A stretch of DNA of 64,000 nt from Macrostomum lignano (taxonomy: Eukaryota). Position numbers and translations under genes: made by a program. Shown piece after piece: positions 48,501 to 58,500 of the stretch (positions are counted from its first letter, which is position 1; each line of letters begins with the position of its first letter). Location of the stretch: contig NIVC01000947.1 in NCBI GenBank assembly GCA_002269645.1, positions 62,001 through 126,000 of the forward strand, given 5' to 3'. The notes beneath the pieces were generated by a model, which searched no databases, was not told the DNA's origin, and saw only the letters and a list, made by a program, of their open reading frames with translations.

Positions 48501-49510
48501 TTACGTATCTAACATTAAAACAAATGAATAGCTAAAACAAATTCTTCGCATCATTAAAACAAAATATTATTCAGTAAAACAAATTTACAAATTAAAACAA
48601 ATCATACGGTACTTATTATTTTGGCGGGAATTTAATTTCACGGAAACAAACTAATTTTCTAGGAATAAACATAAGCCCTTCTACAATCATTAACCTCATA
48701 CTCCTAGATCATTAACCTCACACTCCTAGATCATTAACCTTATAATCTTAGATCATTAACCTCATACTCTTAGATCATTAACCTCATACTCTTAGATCAT
48801 TAACCTCATACTCTTAGATCATTAACCTCACACTCCCACATATTTAACCTTACACTTCTAGATCCTTAACCTTATATTCATTCCTAGATCCTTAACTTTA
48901 AAATTATACTTCTTTAGCATTGAAAACTTTAAATTAAACTATATAGTTTAAACATTCAAATTTTACTATTATTTTAATAGTATTATTTTATGAGCCCTTA
49001 ACTAAAGAACCATTGGATTAATAGAAATATAAATTCATAAAAAGATCCCATATAGCATATAAAACATGTATAAAAAAACATTTGAAAATAAAAATTTAGA
49101 TTACTAAATATATACTTTGACAAATAAAATATAAATTATATTGACTTACCTTTGGTTGTTTGTGATCTTTCCATCTTTCATTGGAACATTAAAGTCCACT
49201 CTAAAATAAAAAAGAAGGAACATAAATATTTTGTTTAGTTTTACAAATAAATTGCTCAACTCTTAGTCTTACACTCTTACAGAATACAGAATCTAATAAT
49301 CCAACTGTAGTACAGTGTATCTAACAATGATATTAACATACTGAAAACAATCATAACAGCAGTACTCATTGCACGAATTTGAGTTTATATTTACTGACTA
49401 TCATATCAAATTATTGTTCAGAAAGTAGATTAGAATTGCCAAACTTACCGAATTAGCACTCTCTTGCCATTCAGTTCAACATTATCAATGCTCAGCTTCT
49501 TTAGGGACAT
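45141..49510 (-). CDS. PGK: Phosphoglycerate kinase, 417 aa. Exons: 49510-49449, 49200-49150, 47400-46872, 46154-45966, 45563-45141
   Basis: [21 protein letters not shown]|[17 protein letters not shown]|IVAALPT...SHLGRPDG...[11 protein letters not shown]...[13 protein letters not shown]...LGGAK|VSDKI...WNGPMGVFE...GGGDT...[16 protein letters not shown]. All introns GT-AG and in phase; 1254 nt total. Confidence 0.97.
45625..46865. repeat. PGK intronic minisatellites: 18-bp gtgatgcttcagggaaga (45625-45935) and 23-bp acagaacacttgacccccattct (46270-46865)
   Basis: Direct arrays filling introns 4 and 3. Confidence 0.9.
45966..46154 (-). CDS. PGK: PGK exon 4
   Basis: ccccag|GTT ... CAG|gtaaaa; [10 protein letters not shown]. 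Confidence 0.95.
46872..47400 (-). CDS. PGK: PGK exon 3
   Basis: ccgcag|A ... AAG|gtgctg; [15 protein letters not shown]. Confidence 0.95.
47704..48685 (+). mobile_element. 982-bp solo LTR (Gypsy-type) in PGK intron 2
   Basis: Termini tgttgcagg / ccttctaca; 4-bp TSD atca (47700-47703, 48686-48689); AATAAA 16 nt before the end. Removing it restores a 22-bp repeat unit atcattaacctcatactcctag. Confidence 0.85.
49150..49200 (-). CDS. PGK: PGK exon 2 (51 nt)
   Basis: ttttag|A GTG GAC TTT AAT GTT CCA ... AG|gtaagt; RVDFNVP. Confidence 0.95.
49449..49510 (-). CDS. PGK: PGK exon 1 (62 coding nt)
   Basis: ATG...CG|gtaagt; [17 protein letters not shown]. Confidence 0.93.
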
Positions 49511-50562
49511 AGTTAATTTACCAGAAGTTAACTTTAAAAGACCAAAAATATAAAGACGCAAGTAACTGCAAATCAGAAAAGCTTCGTAGAGATCAGAGCT
49601 AGATGAATCAGCGCGCAGCACAACACAGCACTCTAAAAAATGGAATTATATTTACCATGTTAAAATTTGGCAAAAAGCTATAGTAGCTTTAACAAATGTT
49701 AAAGTTTATTTTTTTGAAGAAGTACAAAGTATTTCAATAACAATAAATTTTAATTTTAATTTATAATGATTAAAATTATAGTTTCTTTCTCAATTTATTA
49801 TACTTCAACCTGTTTTGAGAAGCCATTAATGTCCATATCAAAAGCAATGGCGAAAGAATGTCCAATGAAATAATTGAAGCCATACAACTGAATTCATTTA
49901 ACTGTACAGCGAAGAGAATTAGAATCAGAAAATCTTTTCATCGATTTCATTTAGATCCACTCCCTCTCACTTTATTTTAAAAACTTTATAAAACGGCCCT
50001 ATTAAGGGCTCTAAAAATCACCAAGAGGAAATATCCTGTCTGAAACATCAAAGTGGTCGCGTCGAACAAAGCTAGTAAAAATGGTAAATAAATAATATAT
50101 TTAGCATTAGAATTAGTAGTATTGTTAACATTTGTGAAGTAAGCTGAATTGAAAAATGTAACATTAACTTCCTCATATCACATGCAAATTAAATTAAGCA
50201 TGCTAAAATTTGTATGATAAAAAAAACTATAAAAAGCCATGTCATATTTTCACTGTATAAGACGAAAAAAATAAAATCAGAAAACTTTTTCTGGTGCTTT
50301 TTAAGCTGTATTTCAGCTAGCTTGTTGCCCGGTGGGTCCTTTTTAAAATTTTTAAAACGGCCCTTTTAAGGGTTGCGATTAATGCCTTAAATTAGTAACC
50401 GGGCTTTTGTTAGCCGTACAATTTTGATAAACGCGTCTCTCGTCCGCTCATAAGGGAGAATTTCCGGGCTTGTTTCATTGTCCCGCTGAGATCTCTACTA
50501 CACCATCAAATAGCCGTCATAGAGCTAAATTTACTGTCAAGAATATCAGACCAAGGACCAGC

Positions 50563-52369
50563 TAGGGATTGCAAAATCCCGGTCTTCTGTCAATTCCGGC
50601 CATGCAACATGGACAATCCCGGGATTATCAATCCCGATAAATCCCGAGTATTTGTAATCCCGGGATATGATCATCCCGGGATTTAATCCCAGAATTTGGC
50701 CAATCCCCGGGATCAGAAAAATACAATTTTTTAAGCTTCTGGGTTGAAATTTTAAGACAAAATATGCGCTAGCGTTTTTTGCTTCCATTTTTGACTGTTA
50801 TAGAGTTAATGATCTGTTTGTAGATGAAAAACAGCATTACGACGTATCTTGTGACGTATTTGAGTAAGTAGTATAAAAGTACTTATTAGTAGTAAAGAAG
50901 CAAATAAAATATCAAAATTTAAATTGGAATAACTTTCACGGTCATTTGACCGGTTTTTTGGCCCTACTAAACCAGGAGAAGGCACGGGCTTCCCTGATTC
51001 ACTCAACCCCCTCTAGCCCCGGGGAGGTTTAGTTTTGTGCTTGGAGTAGGTGCGACGCCCCAACGGTAGGAAGTAGGGCCCGCCCTCAGCCCGACTGGTG
51101 TCGCCTGCTCGGCTTGATGGTCACAGTTCTTTTAGCCTAGCTTAGAAACCTAGTGTTAGTACACTCCCAACATGGATCCTAATTCATTCCTAGTGGCGTA
51201 AGAGCCTGTTCAATGGTTGAGGCGCCTTATTACTTATTTAGTTAATAGTTAGTTAGTAGTTGAGGCAATTAACGGAAATTAGCGCAGTATAATAACATAC
51301 TTGTGGACCCAATTATGTTCATATTACAACAATTTACGTAAAAATAAAAACAAAAATTTGTCCCGGTGTGACAGTGTGATTCGTAGAAGCGTGTATCGTA
51401 TTTCTTTATTTTCATATGCATACCGTGCTACTACTGTATTCTTTCATTTATTTTAACAATATTCGTACGTATTATTATCGCGCTATTTTTACTGTTAATT
51501 GCTTTGTTTTTGTAGCCTCGTATGTGTTTATTCTATTATTTGTATTTCATTCATATCGTTATTATTTCTCGTAAAGTAGTTCTACCTATGTACTTGTACT
51601 GACGTATGTTATCCTTGCATGATATATTTATCGATTAATTTGTACATGTACATTGCGCGCCGCGTGGGGGGTTGTTTGTCTGGGTTTTAGATTAAGGGTG
51701 TTGTTGTTATCTGTTTACCTTAAAATATATGCTTACACTGCAGTCAGCAGCCGCTCTCGCCCTTCCCCTTGCTTCGCTTCTCGACCTAGGCTTGCTAACC
51801 CTTAGCTGTGACGCTGTCTGGCCTCCTTACACCAACTCTTCCGCCGTCTACCTTGGCACACCAATTAGTTAATTAACTGATCCAGCAATTTTAAGTAGCA
51901 CTAGCAAAAGTCTAAGGGTTGAAGCGGCTTGCCGATCTGCTAACTAATCATGAACTATCTAAATTAACCGCTACACAGATCCGTCTTATTCGCCTTATTC
52001 GTCACACCGGGATTCGGGACCTCAATTTAATACAAAACAGTTTTGAATTCATTCCAAGAAAACAATTTTACGATTCGCACATTTCACTATTTGGATGACT
52101 AAACGATATTCTAAAAAATGCATTGTAAAGTGAAGTGGAACTGAAAAATACATGATGAAAATTTAAAATTAAAAGTGTCTGCTCCTTCTTATCAATCCCG
52201 AAAAATCCCGGGATTCACAGATTTTAATCCCGGGATCCCGAATCCCGGCCATGGATAATCCCGGGATTATCAATCCCGGTAAATCCCGACAAATTTTAAT
52301 CACAGGATTCAAATCCCAGAATTTGACCCCTAATCCCGGGATCCCAGGATCCCTTGATTGCAAACCCTA
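50563..52369. mobile_element. ~1.8-kb non-autonomous hAT-like element
   Basis: TIR-like ends tagggattgc / gcaaacccta, dense atcccggg subterminal repeats at both ends, imperfect TSD (aggacca on both flanks), no transposase ORF. Confidence 0.72.
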
Positions 52370-52741
52370 AGGACCACACAGTGGCTATATACAGTGGTCC
52401 TTGTACCAGACTATCTACGTTTAACTTCTCGTGCATGTTTTTTAGTTACCGACTGGGATTTTTTAACGTTTCCAATGACCTAAGAGAGATGTATAGTCAT
52501 GTACTTATCTGCTACATTTTGCATGATCACCGGGAGTAAGTTTACAGTTGAAAGAATTAAGATTCAATTTTTTTTCGAAACAGTGCACTGAAAAGCTTTT
52601 GGAAAGTTTTATATTTGTTTAAAATTGTTGTACGAGTGTACAATTAAATTAGTTAAAGCGGTTCAAGGTTCATGCACACACAAGCCGCCAAGCTTCAAGA
52701 TTTAAACAAAGCATACATTTACATGATAATCTTGTTTTAAC

Positions 52742-54604
52742 TCACGCCCTCAGAGCTTCGTACATCTCGGTGAGGCTTAACTCCTGCCGCTGCTGGGGCG
52801 ATCCGGCCGTGGCCGAGGCCCTCTTCTTGGATGAAGCCAAATTGACGGGGCGATTCTGCGACTCCAGCAGCTGCGGCGACTCCCCTTGAGCGTCGGCGTT
52901 GCCCCCGATGTCGTCGGCTGGTTCGCGATATTGTCCGGCCACCATGGCCTCCTGCTGCACCAGCTCCTCCGTGAACCGCTCGAACCTGGCCGCCGGGTCA
53001 CCCAGGCGCAGCTGGATCAGACCCAGGCGCTCCTGGTTGAGCTTCCAGTCCAGGTAGATGGTCATCTTCTCGCGAAGGATTTCGTTGCGACGTAGAAACT
53101 TTGCGGCAGCGATTCGACGCAGCTCCTTCTCTGTGCGCCGTTTCTTACGACCGCCGCCGCTGCGTTCGGTCGTCGGCCGGGTTGCTGTGACCGAAGGTGC
53201 CACAGTCGGCTCTACTGTTGCTACCGCTGTTGCTGAAGCAGACTCGGGTGCCCGCTGCTCATGCGGCTCGACCGATTCTGTGGAGGACCATCATTGTAAA
53301 CACTTCCGAGACATCGTCCCACAACCCCAGCGCGGACGGCAATTCTGCCCATTCCGCTGACCCCTGAGCGCATACATGTACATGTACGCAGGCACGCACT
53401 CATCCACGCGCCCACACAGTGCACAGTGGCCCTAAATTTTAATATCGTTAGGCATTGTGTACATGTACAAATTCTTATGGGGGTCGACCGTCATGGTTAG
53501 GAATTTAACAGTGCTTAAGTTTACAGCTCCTTTCTACGTCATCAACTTTTCTACCGCTTTTATAATTCACTCACCCTGCCTCAACTCCTGCCTAAACTCT
53601 GTCGCGTCTGGTGCGGCGTCTCCTGTAGCTGGTTTGTCTCCCGCATCGACTGCTTCAACGGTGGCCTCCCATTCCGCTCCATCTTCCTCTTCGTCCTCGT
53701 CGTACTCCTCTTCGTCGTAACCTTCTTCTGGTGCCTTATTTTCCCAAGCCTCTCCGTCGGCTTCAGTAGCCTCGCGGCTCGGGTGCACCCGACGCAGCCT
53801 CCGACGCCGCCGTCGATGCCTCATGTGGCACTCGTCTACTGACACGACGTTCAACAGCCGGTTGGAGTCTGACTTGCTCACCAAGTCCATCGGCTCAGTG
53901 GGGTAGTCGCTCAGCGCGCTGTCAATAAACGGCGTGCCTCCGCGCGACACCTGCGTGGTCTTTTCGGCAACGTCGGTTGCGTGTCGTTGACTCGTCTGCA
54001 GCTCCTGCTGCGTGGCCGACGGTGCGCTAGCTGGAACTGCCCGACTGCTGTGCAGCTGGAAGAACAGCGGGCGACGAGGCGCCGCCGTCAGCGCTGCTTG
54101 ACGCTGCTGCTGCTGGGGAGGCCTCGGTGACGCACTTGGCGTGGCAAGCTCCCGCCGGGGAAGTTCGAGCAGCGAGGGCGGACTGCGGTAGGTCATGGAC
54201 AACTCGGCCAGATGATAGTCGTACACCTTCAAAGACTTACTTGGACTGGCCGATGACCAGTAGGAGGCTTCTGTAGCTTTGTCGGCGACTACAGGCTGCG
54301 TTGGCGGGGCCGTGCGACTCGAAGTGAGCCGGGCCGGGCCCAGGCTGAGGTAGCGCTGCTTCTCCGGCTCGCTCATGCCGGTGAAAGGCACGTACTTGAA
54401 GTAGCGAATCTGCGTCAGCTCTGTCTGCCGCCGCTGCTGCCGCGGATCCGGGGCTGACTTCGAACCGAACGCAGCTCGAGGACGCTGACGAACTCGACGA
54501 TTGAGACCGAGCTGCCGGTTGAGGTCGTCCTGCAGCTTCGGCTCGACCAGGTTCGGGTCCATCCACCCGTCGTCGTCATCAGCGTAGCGCGGATGGTTTG
54601 CCAT
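52742..54604 (-). CDS. Gene B: uncharacterised ~521-aa low-complexity protein. Exons: 54604-53575, 53277-52742
   Basis: Long GC-rich ORFs joined in phase 1 by CAG G|gtgagt and tcctccacag|AA; 1566 nt total. The start ATG and last stop are not independently confirmed (the ORF is open to 54736; a possible donor gtgagg overlaps the stop). Confidence 0.65.
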
Positions 54605-55526
54605 GGATGGACAACAGCTGACCAGGGTGGCTGACAGCTCTGCACTTTCCCCGACTGGATTCAGAAGTTGTTTACCTGGCGACGCCTCGCTCAGAGTGGA
54701 AGCGCGCGGACGATGAGCAGCTAAGCTCGCGCTCAAGGTTTGAGTTTTTAGACCAGCGACCCTTCTTCATCTCTCTCTCCCCCCTCGCATGGCTCAGCAC
54801 TATCGGAGGGTTTCTAACAATCTACAAATGTAGTAAAGAAAGGAGAGCGAGAGAGGCAGCTCTACACTTGCTGCCGCTACTGTCAGTCTATAGTAAGCAG
54901 TTTGGGTGGAGCAAAACACCGAAAAAATAGATTTTTTTCTCTTCATCTCCACACAAAACGCTCTAAGGTCTTCCTATCTTGTCTCAGCCTCTCGCGCGAA
55001 CCGTTGCCAACGTACCGACGTGCTTGGAGAGCTCATAACAATGCTGGCTGGTTGTGCCTGACCAAATTAATTGTCTATTGACGATGCAAGGCTCAACTGA
55101 GTCTCAACTACACTAAAATGTCTTGTTAATAATGCACTACAGTTCTATTTTACATTCGTCTGTCTACTCATATGTGTAGCAGGTGCCAATTGTCATCAGC
55201 TGCCTATCAAAATTAGGACAGAATTGATTTTAACGCCATGTTGAAGTTTGTGACAACACGGACTTTAACAATCAGTGAGAAGTAAATATTATCACGTTTT
55301 AACATATAAATTTATTCACGAAAAACACGCACACTGACTGAAGCGAGATTATAAACCGTCTATCAAGGCAAGCGAAAAATACAAGTAAAAAAACTTTTTT
55401 CAGCAAAATAAAATTAAAAAAACAGATATGTTTGTTTAAATCTAATCTTCGCATATTATTATTTTCGATTATTCTCCAAATTGGACCAAAATAGAACGAA
55501 AATCTAGACCAGCTTTTTATTTGTTG

Positions 55527-58500
55527 TCAAACTTCCTTAGCGTGGTCAGAATTGACAGGATCGGATTCGTCTGTACTGGATTCCTTTCGTTGGTTTGCCA
55601 TTTCCGCTGATCCACTGGATGGCTCCGGCTCAGCAGGTGCTGACTCTTCGGGAACTTGGATTCCGCTTGCCCGGTCGTCGCTGTCCTGAGGATCGACTGT
55701 CTCTTGCTTCTGTGGACTGTAGTTTTCGATATTGTTTGATACGGTAGGTTCTGTCTCAGCTGTCTTCTGTGGACTGGCACTCTCAGCTGTCTTCTGTGGA
55801 CTGGCGCTCTCAGCTGTCTTCTGCGGACTGGCGCTCTCAGCTGTCTTCTGCGGACTGGCGCTCTCAGCTGTCTTCTGTGGACTGGCACTCTCAGCTGTCT
55901 TCTGTGGACTGGCACTCTCAGCTGTCTTCTGTGGACTGGCACTCTCAGCTGTCTTCTGTGGACTGGCACTCTCAGCTGTCTTCTGTGGACTGGCACTCCC
56001 AGCTGTCTTCTGCGGACTGGTAATCTCTGCAGCTGTCTGCTGCGGACTGGCGCTCTCAGCTGTCTTCTGCGGACTGGTAATCTCTGCAGCTGTCTTCTGC
56101 GGACTGGCGCTCTCAGCTGTCTTCTGCGGACTGGCGCTCTCAGCTGTCTTCTGCGGACTGGTAATCTCTGCAGCTGTCTTCTGTGGACTGGTAATCTCTG
56201 CAGCTGTCTTCTGTGGACTGGTAATCTCTGCAGCTGTCTTCTGTGGACTGGCACTCTCAGCTGTCTTCTGTGGACTGGCACTCTCAGCTGTCTTCTGTGG
56301 ACTGGCGCTCTCAGCTGTCTTGTGTGGACTGGCGCTCTCAGCTGTCTTCTGCGGAGGGGCACTTTCATTGACCTTCTGAGGACTGGCGCTTTCACTGCCC
56401 TTCTGCGGACTGGCACTTTCATTGTCCTTCTGCGGACTGGCACTTTCATTGTCCTTCTGCAGACTGGCACTCCCAGCTGTCTTCTGTGGACTATTAATCT
56501 CTGCTGTCATTTGAGGACTGGCGCTCTCAGCTGTCTTCTGTGGACTGGCGCTCTCAGCTGTCTTCTGTGGACTGGCACTCTCAGCTGTCTTCTGTGGACT
56601 GGCACTCCCAGCTGTCTTCTGCGGACTGGTAATCTCTGCAGCTGTCTGCTGCGGACTGGCGCTCTCAGCTGTCTTCTGCGGACTGGTAATCTCTGCAGCT
56701 GTCTTCTGCGGACTGGCGCTCTCAGCTGTCTTCTGCGGACTGGTAATCTCTGCAGCTGTCTTCTGTGGACTGGTAATCTCTGCAGCTGTCTTCTGTGGAC
56801 TGGTAATCTCTGCAGCTGTCTTCTGTGGACTGGCGCTCTCAGCTGTCTTCTGTGGACTGGCGCTCTCAGCTGTCTTCTGTGGACTGGCACTCTCAGCTGT
56901 CTTCTGTGGACTGGCACTCTCAGCTGTCTTTTGTGGACTGGCGCTCTCAGCTGTCTTGTGTGGACTGGCGCTCTCAGCTGTCTTCTGCGGAGGGGCACTT
57001 TCATTGACCTTCTGAGGACTGGCGCTTTCACTGTCCTTCTGCGGACTGGCACTTTCATTGTCCTTCTGCGGACTGGCACTTTCATTGTCCTTCTGCGGAC
57101 TGGCACTCCCAGCTGTCTTCTGTGGACTATTAATCTCTGCTGTCATTTGAGGACTGGCGCTCTCAGCTGTCTTCTGTGGACTGGCGCTCTCTGTGACCAG
57201 CAGACTGGTACTCCCAGCTGTCTTTTGAGGACTGACACTTTCATTGACCTTCTGCGGACTGGCTCTTTCATTGTCCTTCTGCGGACTGGCACTCCCAGCT
57301 GTCTTTTGAGGACTGGCGCTCTCAGCTGTCTTCTGTGGACTGGCGCTCTCTGTGACCAGCAGACTGGCACTTTCATTGTCCTTCTGTGGACTGGCACTTT
57401 CACTGACCTTCTGCGGACTGGCGCTTTCATTGACCTTCTGCGGAGTGGCACTTTCATTGACCTTCTGCGGACTGGCACTTTCATTGACTTTCTGAGGACT
57501 GGCGCTCTCGTTGACCTTCTGAGGACTGGCGCTCTCGTTGACCTTCTGAGGACTGGCGCTCTCGTTGACCTTCTGAGGACTGGCGCTCTCGTTGACCTTC
57601 TGAGGACTGGCGCTCTCGTTGACCTTCTGAGGACTGGCACTCTCGTTGACCTTCTGAGGACTGGCGCTCTCGTTGACCTTCTGAGGACTGGCGCTCTCGT
57701 TGACCTTCTGAGGACTGGCGCTCTCGTTGACCTTCTGAGGACTGGCGCTCTCGTTGACCTTCTGAGAACTGGCGCTCTCGTTGACCTTCTGAGGACTGGC
57801 GCTCTCGTTGACCTTCTGAGGACTGGCGCTCTCTTTGACCTTCTGAGGACTGGCACTCTCGGCTGTCTTTCGTGGACTGGCCTTTGTCCCCATTACCTGA
57901 CCCTCCTGTTTCGTCGACCTCGAATCATCGTCCCAGTTGCTGCCATCTCTCTGGACTCCACTGTCATCTTCGTTTGCGTGCAGACCGTACGCTCTTGGCT
58001 GCCGCATCTGGTCCCGCGGCTCTTTCTTCTGTGCTTTCTGCTTTGGCGGCTTCTCCGCTTTGGTAGACATTGGCTTGGCTTCAGTTGTGTCGGTGACAGC
58101 TTTCGCCTTCTTCTGCTTCTCACGCTTTTCCCGATTCTCCTGCGTGTCCGAATTGGTTTGTAGTTGCTGCTTTCTGTCGGCCGTTTCGCTGATTGCAAGC
58201 GGCTGCGGCTGCTGCTTGGAGGGGCGCTGCAGCTGGGACGGTCCGCTGTCCGATGCGCTGGTGGCGGTGTCTGGATTGTTGGTTGCGAATTGTGGATTGT
58301 TGATTCATGATTGTGGATTGTTGGTTGATGATTGTGGATTGTTGGTTGATGATTGTGGATTGTTGATTAGGGATTGTGGATTGTTGATTAGGGATTGTGG
58401 ATTGTTGATTGAGGATTGTGGATTGTTGATTGAGGATTGTGGATTGTTGATTAGGGATTGTGGATTGTTGGTTGATGATTGTGGATTGTTGATTAGGGAT

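Noticed and set aside
51003-51922. Nested element with tcaaccc/gggttga ends (piggyBac-like)
   Set aside because: TIR is short and imperfect, with no TTAA or other TSD.
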